A DNA stretch of 64,000 bases, taken from a virus (Duplodnaviria > Caudoviricetes). Both the position numbers and the translations under genes were made by a program. The stretch lies in IMG/VR virus record IMGVR_UViG_3300031857_000007; one strand, written 5' to 3'. The notes beneath the pieces were generated by a model. It saw nothing but the letters and a program-made list of their open reading frames with translations, was not told the origin of the DNA and ran no database searches. Shown here in pieces: positions 46,626 to 56,564 of this stretch (position 1 is its first letter; every line of letters begins with the position of its first letter).

Positions 46626-48110
46626 TCAATCTCTTGCAGAATAATAAGGTTCTCTTGCTTTGGTTTCTTGTTTTTCTTTTGAAGTTAGTCCATGCTTCAT
46701 AACTCTAGAAACTTGTTGTTTTGCTCTTCTGTTACGAGTTTCTGATTCAGTTTCCTTAGCACCCTTCACCTTAGGTTCTTGACGAGAACCAGGATAATTT
46801 TTTTTATGTTCTTTCTCTGCTTTATGTTGTAGGTCGGTGATACCAGCTTTAAGTCTAGTTTCTTTACCCTTTTGGGCAGCAGCAAAAGACTTCTGTGCAG
46901 ATACAGATCTTTCTTGCTTGTTCTGCGATAAAACAACTCCTCTCTTAGCAGCAGCTGTTGCTTCTGTTACTGGGTTTTGGTCCGTCTCAGAATTTTTCTT
47001 CTTTGCTAAAGATTGTTTTCTCAACTGAGCTATTTGCATATCCAATTGAGTTTTTTGTCTCTGCTTTTGAAGTTCTTGAGGACTGAGCGAAATTTGATCG
47101 GTTACACCTTCAGCAACTTCCTTTGCTCTAGCAGTTGCAGTTGCATACATTACATCCTTTGCTCTACCTCCATAACGAGATTTAAATCCAGATAGATTTT
47201 TCTTCATAGATTTAACAATCTCTTCTCTTTTCTTTTTTTCTGCGGCAGTCAAAGTTTTTTCATCCAATTCTTCAATTTCTTTAAATTCTAACAAATTTCC
47301 ACCATTCTCCTCAACAAAAGAATTGAGTTGCTCACTATTTAAGGTTGGATTAATTTTTATAGTATTGGAAACTTCTTTTTCTTTTATCATTACATCATCA
47401 CTTTTCTTTGTACTAGTATTTTTAGATTTTTCTAGTACTTCAATCAAATCCATTCTCCAATTAGAGAAACCTTCTTTTACTGAAGATTTTTTACTAATTG
47501 CTGCACCACGAACTTTTCTGCGGTTTAAAAGATACTTATCGGTCTTATCATGATCACCATCATTGTCAATGTCCTTATCTTCTTTACCAACAGGATCAAG
47601 TCCTTTGCCAGATTTTGTTTTCTTTGTATATTCTCCTCTCTCAGATTCACCCTCATATGGTTTCCCATACTGAGTCATTTCCACAGAAGAAATATTTGGA
47701 TTAGATCTCAACTGATTAATTTTCTCTCTTGTTGCATATCTAACATATGTTTTTCCACTACTCTTGTCAGTTACCCTAACTTTAAATTTTTGGTCGCCAG
47801 ACTCTTCTTTAACTGAAACAGCGCCTGAAGAAGAAATTCCAAGTTTTTCTTTAACTGCATTCTTTTCTGGTCCAGGCATACTAGTATTTCCCATATACTG
47901 AGTATATGCTTGATCTACCTTTAGACCTTCTCTTCTAGCTCTATATCGAATATCATACACAGCCTGCCTTACTCTTTTGGCAGAGGATTCTTCATCGTCC
48001 TTTCCCTTTTCTACCTTAGGAGCAGAAGACGAATTATTTTTTCCTAGTTGTGGTTTTAACACCTCAGTCGCATATACTAGAGAGATGTCGTTAAGAGGAT
48101 TTAAAGACAT
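46626..48110 (-). CDS. highly charged probable head-associated protein
   Basis: K/E/R-rich modules separated by (V/L)xE segments. Confidence 0.65.
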   Translation of the reverse strand: MSLNPLNDISLVYATEVLKPQLGKNNSSSAPKVEKGKDDEESSAKRVRQAVYDIRYRARREGLKVDQAYTQYMGNTSMPGPEKNAVKEKLGISSSGAVSVKEESGDQKFKVRVTDKSSGKTYVRYATREKINQLRSNPNISSVEMTQYGKPYEGESERGEYTKKTKSGKGLDPVGKEDKDIDNDGDHDKTDKYLLNRRKVRGAAISKKSSVKEGFSNWRMDLIEVLEKSKNTSTKKSDDVMIKEKEVSNTIKINPTLNSEQLNSFVEENGGNLLEFKEIEELDEKTLTAAEKKKREEIVKSMKKNLSGFKSRYGGRAKDVMYATATARAKEVAEGVTDQISLSPQELQKQRQKTQLDMQIAQLRKQSLAKKKNSETDQNPVTEATAAAKRGVVLSQNKQERSVSAQKSFAAAQKGKETRLKAGITDLQHKAEKEHKKNYPGSRQEPKVKGAKETESETRNRRAKQQVSRVMKHGLTSKEKQETKAREPYYSARD

Positions 48111-48119
48111 TTTACAATT

Positions 48120-49352
48120 TTACTTTTTTACTTTATTAGTATTTATGAAATCAAGAAACGCTCTGCCTCCTGATTGCAAATTTTGTTTTCCCAAAGAAGA
48201 TCCCTTTGCTTGTTTTGAGGCATATTTTAAATACCCACCAGTTCCAATAAGAGTATTTGGTTTTCCTGGTTCTCTATAAATTCTATCAACATTCTTTTCA
48301 GAATATTCCATCACATCCTTAATCCACGACTTAAACATAACATTATCTTCAGTTACACATATAAGGTAATTAGTTCCTCTTCTAATTATTCTACCAACAA
48401 GACCGGTATTTAAATTTTCTACAAACTGACCAACATTAAAAATGTTGTTGGATATATAATTTTCTCTTAGAGTTGTCCAATCAAACTTAGGAGCAATTTG
48501 CCAAAGTCTCCAACCTTCAGAAATCTTCATAGATTTTCTAAGTGTATTGTAAAGTTGCTTGGCGTCTTTATCATCAAAAGTTTTTGGAACTCCAGATCTA
48601 AATGTTGCAAAATCACCCTCTGCTGCTGCCTTTCTAAGTTTAGATGCAGACATTCCCTCTACGCCTTCAGCATCAGGATCTCTAGCTCCAGCAGAAACAA
48701 CATTTATCTCACCAAAATCATACAACTTTCCATTATATTGATTTGCTAATTTATCAAATTCTGCTTGACGATCAGATCCAACAACAATATTAACTGAAGA
48801 ATATCCATCAGCATGAGCTTGCTTTAGCACATCAAATATAGTTTTTGAATTTGAATCATTAACAATTCTTTCTCCATGCTTTGGATACATTTTACGCATG
48901 ATTGAAATTTTAGTATCCGGATCCAATGGATTCTTTTTGGCGTCATTAGATCTAGATGGGTAAATTTTGTATTCCCCTTTATCGGCTACTTTTTCTACTG
49001 CGTCTAAAAGTTTTTCGTGCCCAATAGTAGGAGGATTAAAACGACCAAATGCTATAGTTAAAACTCCCTTATCTTTCTTTGGAGGTTCCTCTGTTGGTAC
49101 TTCTTGTGGTTGCTGTACTTGTGTTGCTGCAACTTGTTGATTTGCTTGAGTTCTTATCTGAGGTCCGTCTTTTTGCCCTATTCTCTGGTCTTTATTATAA
49201 AATTTTAATTTACCACCCTCAGTCTTAGCGACAAATTCTCCATTTTTATCATACCAACCACCATGACCATCTCCGGTTAATCCAAGACGAGTCGCTTGCA
49301 TAACAGCAAGAGATTTACTTGCTTCAGATAAAAATCGTGAAAAACTTTTCAT
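48120..49352 (-). CDS. cytidylyltransferase-like nucleotidyltransferase
   Basis: FGRFNPPTIGH (HxGH) and MSASK motifs, VVGSDR. Confidence 0.88.
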   Translation of the reverse strand: MKSFSRFLSEASKSLAVMQATRLGLTGDGHGGWYDKNGEFVAKTEGGKLKFYNKDQRIGQKDGPQIRTQANQQVAATQVQQPQEVPTEEPPKKDKGVLTIAFGRFNPPTIGHEKLLDAVEKVADKGEYKIYPSRSNDAKKNPLDPDTKISIMRKMYPKHGERIVNDSNSKTIFDVLKQAHADGYSSVNIVVGSDRQAEFDKLANQYNGKLYDFGEINVVSAGARDPDAEGVEGMSASKLRKAAAEGDFATFRSGVPKTFDDKDAKQLYNTLRKSMKISEGWRLWQIAPKFDWTTLRENYISNNIFNVGQFVENLNTGLVGRIIRRGTNYLICVTEDNVMFKSWIKDVMEYSEKNVDRIYREPGKPNTLIGTGGYLKYASKQAKGSSLGKQNLQSGGRAFLDFINTNKVKK

Positions 49353-49378
49353 ATTTTATGTTGATATAATTATATTTA

Positions 49379-51049
49379 TTATTTCCAGCGATCTGGTCCA
49401 AAAGTTTTTTTCGCTGCTTCTTTTTTATAAAGATTTGCAAAACTATTCTGCTTAACTGACATAAAAACTTGAAATTGAGGTTCTCCAGTAAGTGCTCCCT
49501 TATATCTAACTTCAAGCATAACAACACTTATGGGAGATCCCGGTTTCCCTATCAACATTTCATAGAATAATTTAGCAGCAGTTGCAGCAGGTTCAAATGC
49601 ATGAAATTTATCAGTTTGCTTTACAATTCTATATTCGGTTGCATCTGGATCAGAAAAAATCTTTCTAAAAATTTCTGATGTGAGTCTTCCTTCTTTTTCT
49701 AATGGCGGTTTAACTTCAAATATTTTTCCATTTTTGTAATCGCCTTCACCAGTTATTAGACTGAAATGAAATGCAGTATCTGATAGATATGTGTCTAGGT
49801 TTATTTTAAAAATAGTATCTAAAAAATCTGCGAAGAATTCTTTATTATTGTCAAAGTTTTTAATAAAGACTCTATCCATTTCTTCAAAATAAATGTTAGG
49901 GTTAGATATATATTTTCCTTGACCCCTTAACATTTCACTCTTTTCTTTTTGATCCGTAAATTCAGTATTACATGCTTTCAAAACTTCTTTTATTGGCATC
50001 TTAACAATATCTTTTCCTTTATATGAAGTATTGCCAACTTTAACTTTCAAAGCACCTCTAAAAAAATTTAATTTGGCATCTTCTATTTTTTTATGTTCGG
50101 ATTGTGGAATACTTTTTGTCAGAAATCCTTTAGCGCCATAAGCTGGTTTATTCAATAGAGTTGGTTCTGGTTCACCAATACCTCTTTTTTTCAAACTCAA
50201 TCCCCAATAATGAGTCGCTTCATTTTTTCCTTTAGTTTGAAATTTAACTATAATATCAGAAGAATTATAGTTTTGAATTGTTTTTGGTCCAACACTGAAT
50301 TTTTTAATTTCTTGAGCCCATTTAGTTCCTGTTTGCCAGACCTCTTTGACTTCAGCATTTCCAATTTGTTCTATGACATAGTTTGAAACTGATACAGCCT
50401 TTGCAAGATTAACTAAATCTGGTTCAGTTTTATCAGAATCAGTATAAAAACCATTCAATCCTGCAGCACCTACTATTTTGTTTGCAGATTTATATAAATT
50501 GTTTACTATTTCAGTGTATTCTTCTACGGCATTTTTTTTAGTATTAATTGTAGTATAGTCAACATTTATCTTTTCTCTTATCAAAATAGCCGTCATCAAT
50601 TCGTGAGGATCTTCTCTAGATCCACCAGATCCATTTGACATTCCCTTTGATTGAAGAAGAATTGTTATTGCTGCTCTATTCTTTCCTTCTTCTGTTGCCT
50701 TTATAATGTAAGATTTAATTCCTGTCCCAGCAACAACTTCTTCAGTATATGAAAATGTATATGCAACTTTTGGTGGTATCAATTCTATAATTTTTTCTTC
50801 TAATTCAGATTGCCTATTTTCTATATGAGATTTAAATTTACCTCTCAACCAGTCTCTTTCTTTTTTAGATCTAATTCTTGGTCTAAGAATTACAGTAGTC
50901 TGACTTTTTGCGAAAAGCATGTCTTTGGAATTATCATTCCAGTCATCAATTTCCCTATCCCCTCCCCTAACAGATATTGATGAGAAAAAATTCCCAAGGT
51001 CACCAAAGACTTGGGAGGAATTTTTAATAATTATTTCTGCGGCAGACAT
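49379..51049 (-). CDS. large hypothetical protein, possible PD-(D/E)xK nuclease
   Basis: HELMT helix ... SDIIVKF ... GLSLK. Confidence 0.55.
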   Translation of the reverse strand: MSAAEIIIKNSSQVFGDLGNFFSSISVRGGDREIDDWNDNSKDMLFAKSQTTVILRPRIRSKKERDWLRGKFKSHIENRQSELEEKIIELIPPKVAYTFSYTEEVVAGTGIKSYIIKATEEGKNRAAITILLQSKGMSNGSGGSREDPHELMTAILIREKINVDYTTINTKKNAVEEYTEIVNNLYKSANKIVGAAGLNGFYTDSDKTEPDLVNLAKAVSVSNYVIEQIGNAEVKEVWQTGTKWAQEIKKFSVGPKTIQNYNSSDIIVKFQTKGKNEATHYWGLSLKKRGIGEPEPTLLNKPAYGAKGFLTKSIPQSEHKKIEDAKLNFFRGALKVKVGNTSYKGKDIVKMPIKEVLKACNTEFTDQKEKSEMLRGQGKYISNPNIYFEEMDRVFIKNFDNNKEFFADFLDTIFKINLDTYLSDTAFHFSLITGEGDYKNGKIFEVKPPLEKEGRLTSEIFRKIFSDPDATEYRIVKQTDKFHAFEPAATAAKLFYEMLIGKPGSPISVVMLEVRYKGALTGEPQFQVFMSVKQNSFANLYKKEAAKKTFGPDRWK

Positions 51050-51078
51050 TTATTATTACTTTTTCAAGTATTTAGAAA

Positions 51079-51151
51079 TGGAGAATAGGGGACTCGAACC
51101 CCTCACCCCCGCCGTGCAAAAGCGGTGCTCTACCAAATGAGCTAATTCCCC
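51079..51151 (-). tRNA. tRNA-Ala(TGC)
   Basis: Cloverleaf, G3.U70, loop TTTGCAC. Confidence 0.95.
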
Positions 51152-51161
51152 AAGTTCAGAT

Positions 51162-51197
51162 ATTATAAACCCCCTTAACTAAAAAGTCAAGGGGGTT
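51162..51197 (-). promoter_or_regulatory. sigma70 promoter embedded in a terminator-like hairpin
   Basis: TTGACT-N17-TATAAT; AACCCCCTTGACT/AGTTAAGGGGGTT. Confidence 0.75.
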
Positions 51198-51220
51198 AAA
51201 ACAACCTTCTGATTTATTTA

Positions 51221-52717
51221 TCAGAGACCCTTAGCATGTCTAGTTTTACCACTCTCATCAGTCCAGGTTTCCCTTTCTTTTCTTGGAGTGACATAACCTA
51301 CACCAGGAACAGCACCAGTCTTACCTTGTGCTCTTGCCTCATTTCTTGCTGCTGCTCTTTGTGCTGCTCTCTTACGATTCTTCTCATAATTTGTCATTGC
51401 TTCATCAAGCCATGCCTCAAATGATTCCTTAGCAATCTCACCCATTGCCTTTTGCTTACGAAGTTTCTTAGGATTCTTGGTTACTGAACCCTCTCCATAT
51501 TTGGTTTCTAAATCAAAAGCACGCTCAGACCTTCTTTCTGTTCTCTCATCGGCGTCCATCTTACCTCTAGTACTAAAAGGTCTAGAAGATTTCTTGCCTC
51601 CAGAAAGACCTCTAGAAAGCATATCCTGTCTTTTCGTTTGCTTTTCTGCTGCCTTTACTTTTCTAGTTTTTTCACCCTTTTGTGAATACTCACTTGCAGG
51701 TTTGTTTCTTCTATCATTAGCCAATTTACCCATTGCTTCTTTTGCTTTGGGGGTTTGGCCATAAGAACCTTCTGCTTCATCTAAATAGATATCAAGCATT
51801 TCATCCCAAGTATAATCGGAAAGATCATATCCCTCATCCACAAGTTCATTTACCCAAAGTTCAAATTCTTCCTTAGCAAATTCGCCCATTGCTTTTTGCT
51901 TACGGAGTTTCTTAGCACTCTTGGTTACGCCACCAGGACCCTGTGAAGGATAATCGTGATCTTGACGAGTACCTACACCATGAGCAGAACCTGCTCTTGC
52001 TCTTTCTCTATCATCAGAAGTTAGTCCCTTTCTTGGAGAATCATAAGAAGAAGTTCTATTTGCAGGATTAGTTCTTCTTAGCATCTTCTTGAGGAAAGGC
52101 TTTCTCTTTGCAGACATTTTAGTTTGTTTTGCTGCACTATATGCCTTTGGTGTTGCACCATATGAACCCTCTGCTTCATCAAGTTCAAACTCTTCACCAA
52201 GAATAATATTAATTGCTTCTTCATCAATCAGGTTAGCCATCATCCACTCTGCTTCTTCTAGAGTTTCTGCATATCCTTCAACATAAAGAAACTCAAGAAC
52301 TGTCTCAAAGATATCAAACTCTTCTCTATTAAGTTGCTTTTTCTCAGCAGGAGTCAGAGCACCTCTTTGCGCTCCTCTTGCTGCTTGCTTTTCTTTTACT
52401 GCAGGATCGTTTGACTTATGTGCATATCCATGAAGACCAGGAGATGATGAAGTTGTCTTACGGAAATCACCTCTTTGCTTTCTAGCAAGGTCTTGTCTTG
52501 CCTTTGCTTTCTTAGCATCACCGAATGTTGATTTCTTTTCAAGTGCAGATGCTCTATCAGCAGCCTCACCACCACCAGTTGACTTAGCAATCTTGTTACG
52601 AATTGCAGTCTCATCATAACCACGCTTCGCCATTGCTGTTGCTTCATCAATATCTTCTTGGGAAGCATACACTTCTGAATATGCTTCGATCAATCCGAGT
52701 AGTTCTTTAGGATCCAT
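51221..52717 (-). CDS. repetitive charged probable head-internal protein
   Basis: Alternating acidic and basic modules with LDEA/IDEA junctions; TATAAATA at 52740-52747. Confidence 0.7.
   Translation of the reverse strand: MDPKELLGLIEAYSEVYASQEDIDEATAMAKRGYDETAIRNKIAKSTGGGEAADRASALEKKSTFGDAKKAKARQDLARKQRGDFRKTTSSSPGLHGYAHKSNDPAVKEKQAARGAQRGALTPAEKKQLNREEFDIFETVLEFLYVEGYAETLEEAEWMMANLIDEEAINIILGEEFELDEAEGSYGATPKAYSAAKQTKMSAKRKPFLKKMLRRTNPANRTSSYDSPRKGLTSDDRERARAGSAHGVGTRQDHDYPSQGPGGVTKSAKKLRKQKAMGEFAKEEFELWVNELVDEGYDLSDYTWDEMLDIYLDEAEGSYGQTPKAKEAMGKLANDRRNKPASEYSQKGEKTRKVKAAEKQTKRQDMLSRGLSGGKKSSRPFSTRGKMDADERTERRSERAFDLETKYGEGSVTKNPKKLRKQKAMGEIAKESFEAWLDEAMTNYEKNRKRAAQRAAARNEARAQGKTGAVPGVGYVTPRKERETWTDESGKTRHAKGL
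51425..51928. repeat. imperfect 60-bp direct repeat (51425-51484 and 51869-51928)
   Basis: Both copies encode VTK..KKLRKQKAMGE.AKE. Confidence 0.85.
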
Positions 52718-52780
52718 TTTTTACAAATACTTTTTTAGTTATTTATAAAAATAGTCAAAAAGACTTCAAGCATGGTTTAA

Positions 52781-52963
52781 TCAAAGAGTGTGCTTTTCAA
52801 TCTCCTTGTCAAGTTGCACGATTACAGATCGAATATCAGCAACACGAGGGGGAATACTAACTTCATCATAAGTATATCCTTTCTGAGCATCAAATAAGAC
52901 TTGACGAACTGCCGCAGCAGTCCGAACATCGATTGAAATAGTTACGCTAGTTTCTTTAGTCAT
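52781..52963 (-). CDS. hypothetical protein
   Basis: 60-aa ORF coupled to mazG. Confidence 0.7.
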   Translation of the reverse strand: MTKETSVTISIDVRTAAAVRQVLFDAQKGYTYDEVSIPPRVADIRSVIVQLDKEIEKHTL

Positions 52964-53379
52964 AGATCTCCCTCCACACGATTTTCAGAACGATAAACAT
53001 CAAAAGCACCTTCAGGATAACGAGCACTCAGTTTTTCAAAATTCATTTGAAGAATTTCTTCAAAATTAGTATCAAGCGCCATAAATGCCTGAGACAGATA
53101 CCAACAAATATCACCAAGTTCTCGCTTAAGATGAAATGTTGCTTCCTGGTTATATGGTTTACCTTGAAGGAACACTTTTTTCACAACTTCAGTAAATTCA
53201 CCAGCTTCGGCACTAATACCAAGAGCAGCGGTCAAAAGACGAGGAACATCTACATCATTTTCGACTTCAAGTTCAGTAAAACGAGCAAGAAGATCTGCAT
53301 AGTTAGTACTTGCGGCACTTGTGGTTTGGCGGACAAATTCAATATATTTGTTTGTATCAATAACTTTATTTTCTGTCAT
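52960..53379 (-). CDS. mazG: MazG-like NTP pyrophosphohydrolase
   Basis: LGISAEAGEFTEVVKK...KRELGDICWY. Confidence 0.92.
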   Translation of the reverse strand: MTENKVIDTNKYIEFVRQTTSAASTNYADLLARFTELEVENDVDVPRLLTAALGISAEAGEFTEVVKKVFLQGKPYNQEATFHLKRELGDICWYLSQAFMALDTNFEEILQMNFEKLSARYPEGAFDVYRSENRVEGDL

Positions 53380-53455
53380 AGTAGATTTTCTATTTTAATA
53401 AAAGTGAATCATTTTTGTAATCCCCATTTTAGTATAGGAGGATTTAAGTCAATTG

Positions 53456-54055
53456 TCAATGTATGGAAAAGGTAAAAATACAGGTAAACCTCATGATTCC
53501 AGGAGGTGGCCATTTTATTGTGTGATAGTACTTCCCATTGAAACAAATTATTTTTCCTTTTTGTGCGGATATTTCATGTTTTATCGTGAACCTTTCAGAG
53601 ATTTCATATGCAGTTTTTTCACCGTCATACTGCTGATCAAATATAATTGTAGATCCATTGTATTTTGATACTTGAGGTATATCATTAAGATACATTATTA
53701 AGTTCATGTGTTCATATTCATGATCAACATGAGGATCTCCCATTACAGAAAGATCATGATTTGTTGTTAAATTTATTGACGATCTATAAATTTGATCTAC
53801 TTTTAAATTATGCTTATTGCAAAATTGAAGAAAAATTGCATAAAATGGATAAAAGTAGTTTGAATTTATACTTGGATCTTCTGTTTTTGGATTATACCTA
53901 GGAATTAGAGTATGTCCCAAAAATGGATATTTTTCTAATGCTGAAGATTGATTTATATACCAAGGAAAATTTTCATTACTAATAATATTATCAAGTTCTT
54001 CTTGATTGGAAGGACCAATAAAATTTTCATCAATAATAATATCAAAATTATTCAT
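53456..54055 (-). CDS. 2OG-Fe(II) oxygenase
   Basis: PHVD, YYHT and RFTCIF pattern. Confidence 0.82.
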   Translation of the reverse strand: MNNFDIIIDENFIGPSNQEELDNIISNENFPWYINQSSALEKYPFLGHTLIPRYNPKTEDPSINSNYFYPFYAIFLQFCNKHNLKVDQIYRSSINLTTNHDLSVMGDPHVDHEYEHMNLIMYLNDIPQVSKYNGSTIIFDQQYDGEKTAYEISERFTIKHEISAQKGKIICFNGKYYHTIKWPPPGIMRFTCIFTFSIH

Positions 54056-55443
54056 TCAAACTTAAATCCGTCAAATTGTTTTTTATATTTTTTTGTCTCG
54101 GAATTTTCCCTATAATCTTCGTCACCATAATTCTTAGAATCTATAATGTCATTTTGAGCAGATTGTTCACAATCATATAGACGCATTTTTGCCCTATCAA
54201 TACCAATCACAAAACGTTTGTAAATTGTAGGGTCATTATAACGATTCTTGAGTTGTTTTACAAGAATCTGTCCCAACTCTTCCAACTCTTCAGTGCTAAT
54301 AAGGGCAAACATAAGATCAGCAGTAGCAGGGAGACCAAAGGACTCAGAAGTATCAGTAAGTTCAACATCGCTACTACCATAACCGCTACGAGTGGTTTGA
54401 GTAGCAGATACGATTGGTACGTTGAATTCAACTGCAAGTCCTCGCAATTCTTCAGCAATTGCCTTGACAAATGTATAAGAATTGATGTTGCTATTTCCGC
54501 GATACCTGCTGGAAGAACAAATATTAAGGTAATCAATGAAAATAATATCAGGTCTAAATGACTTCTTAAGTGCAAGTTCATTAAGAAGCGACTTGAAATG
54601 TCCAGCATGTGCGGAGGCAGTTGGGTATTCTTTAATTATAAGAGTACCTTGAGTTTTCTTTGCAAGACTTGTAACCTTATTCTCAAACATTTGCTTAGGA
54701 AGATCGGCAATGTCTTGGATATTAACATTCAAGAGGTTTGCGTCAATTCTTTCAGCAATGCGTTCTTCTGCCATTTCCAACGTAATGTACAAAACGTTCC
54801 GTCCTTGGAGCAAGACGGAGCTAGCCACATGGCACATGAATAGAGATTTCCCGACACCCGTACCAGCAAGAGCGATGTTAAGAGTTTTGTTAGGGAGACC
54901 ACCTTTCGTGATTTTATTAAAGTATTCAAGATCAAATTCAATTTTATCCTCCTTTTTGTGGTATGCTTCATATCTTTGTTCATAATCTTGCAAATAATCA
55001 TGTCCGATATGCGTATCGAAACTTACAGCAAGAGCATCAGAAAGAATAGAAGGGATACTATCACGATTCTTCTTTTCATCTTTACCATCAGCAATATGAA
55101 TCGACTCCATAAGTGCCAAGTAAATGGCACGATCACGACACCACTTTTCGGTAGTATCGATTAACCAATTAAACTCAGCAGGAACGTCCTCTAAAGAAGA
55201 AATCAAATGAATGATTTCTTTAAAAGAAGAATCATTAATGTCTTGACGTTTCTCTACCTCGATACAAAGAACTTCTTTGGTTGCTAATTGATTATACTCC
55301 TGAATAAAAGAAAGTATTTCCTCAAAAACAATTTTTTGATTAGGATCTTCAAAATATTCAGATTTTAGAAATGGTATTACTTTTCTGGTATATTCTTCAT
55401 TGTGTAACAGGTTTCTAAGAATTAGAAACTCAACTTTCTCCAT
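54052..55443 (-). CDS. gp41: replicative helicase (T4 gp41)
   Basis: AGTGVGKS Walker A, TLEMAE, IDYLNI, SATQTTR. Confidence 0.97.
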   Translation of the reverse strand: MEKVEFLILRNLLHNEEYTRKVIPFLKSEYFEDPNQKIVFEEILSFIQEYNQLATKEVLCIEVEKRQDINDSSFKEIIHLISSLEDVPAEFNWLIDTTEKWCRDRAIYLALMESIHIADGKDEKKNRDSIPSILSDALAVSFDTHIGHDYLQDYEQRYEAYHKKEDKIEFDLEYFNKITKGGLPNKTLNIALAGTGVGKSLFMCHVASSVLLQGRNVLYITLEMAEERIAERIDANLLNVNIQDIADLPKQMFENKVTSLAKKTQGTLIIKEYPTASAHAGHFKSLLNELALKKSFRPDIIFIDYLNICSSSRYRGNSNINSYTFVKAIAEELRGLAVEFNVPIVSATQTTRSGYGSSDVELTDTSESFGLPATADLMFALISTEELEELGQILVKQLKNRYNDPTIYKRFVIGIDRAKMRLYDCEQSAQNDIIDSKNYGDEDYRENSETKKYKKQFDGFKFE

Positions 55444-56437
55444 AACTGAATTCCTTACGTGCGATTTCGTCCAATTGTTGCATTACTTCTTCAGTAAAAT
55501 ATTCTTCAGGATTAGCAAGAATCTGCTTTGCATAGATCTTTTTACCATCCATCTCATAGCGTCCTGCTACATTCTTCCAGAGTCCACCAATCTCACCAAG
55601 TTCCAAAAGACCATAGTAACGATCAAGACCGCGCTCATCATAATACAAACGGACTTCAACATCTTTATTCTCCTTACTCAAACGCGATTTAGCAGTCTTA
55701 GCTTTGATAATATTTCCGACCACTTCCGTTCCATCCTTTTCTTTCTTTTTGCTGAGATAAATGATCGTACTTGCTGCGTATTTGAGTCCAGAACCTCCTC
55801 CCATTTCTTTAGTTGGTACGTAAGCTCCGATGACATCGTATGTATGATTTGTGACAATGAGCGGGACATTTGCTTGACCTAGTTTGAGTGTGAGCATTCG
55901 GAATGCACCTTTGACCAGTTGTGATTTAGTCATATCACGAACTTGTTTATCATTGAGTGCATCAGTGATTTCTTTCTCAGTAGAAAGCATACCTAAAGAG
56001 TCTAGCACAAACATACAAGGTTTGCGTTCACCTTCAGGTTTTTTTAAGTAAAGATCTACTGCCTTTAATGCCTTACCACGAAACTCTTCAATAGTAACAA
56101 CATTAACAACCACGAGACGAGAAGTATCAATTCCACGGGATTCTACTAGAGATTTAGTGATAGCAGCCTCAGTGTCAAAGTAGAGACAGTAACCATCGGG
56201 ATGAGTATCAAGAAAATTCTTAACCACGGCGAGAGAGAAAAAAGTCTTTCCAGTAGAAGACTCTCCAGCAATAGCAGTAATCTTATTCCCAGATACACCA
56301 CCAAATATGCTACCTGAAACCAGTGCATTAAAAATGTATGAACCCGTATCAACATAACTCTCAGTTTCATCAATGTCAGAGGCAAGTTGTGTATACTCAC
56401 CACCAATTTCTTTTACAATATCTTTAAGAAAGTCCAT
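55430..56437 (-). CDS. uvsX: RecA-like recombinase
   Basis: [24 protein letters not shown]. Confidence 0.97.
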   Translation of the reverse strand: MDFLKDIVKEIGGEYTQLASDIDETESYVDTGSYIFNALVSGSIFGGVSGNKITAIAGESSTGKTFFSLAVVKNFLDTHPDGYCLYFDTEAAITKSLVESRGIDTSRLVVVNVVTIEEFRGKALKAVDLYLKKPEGERKPCMFVLDSLGMLSTEKEITDALNDKQVRDMTKSQLVKGAFRMLTLKLGQANVPLIVTNHTYDVIGAYVPTKEMGGGSGLKYAASTIIYLSKKKEKDGTEVVGNIIKAKTAKSRLSKENKDVEVRLYYDERGLDRYYGLLELGEIGGLWKNVAGRYEMDGKKIYAKQILANPEEYFTEEVMQQLDEIARKEFSYGES

Positions 56438-56564
56438 AATTACTTTTTCTCATAGTTTTTTTTATTTAATTTATAAGACCACAATTTACCATAAAGTTGA
56501 GGATATCTATTTTTTAAAACCTCAACAATGATCTCAAATTCTTTTTCTGTAATAGGCAATTCCA

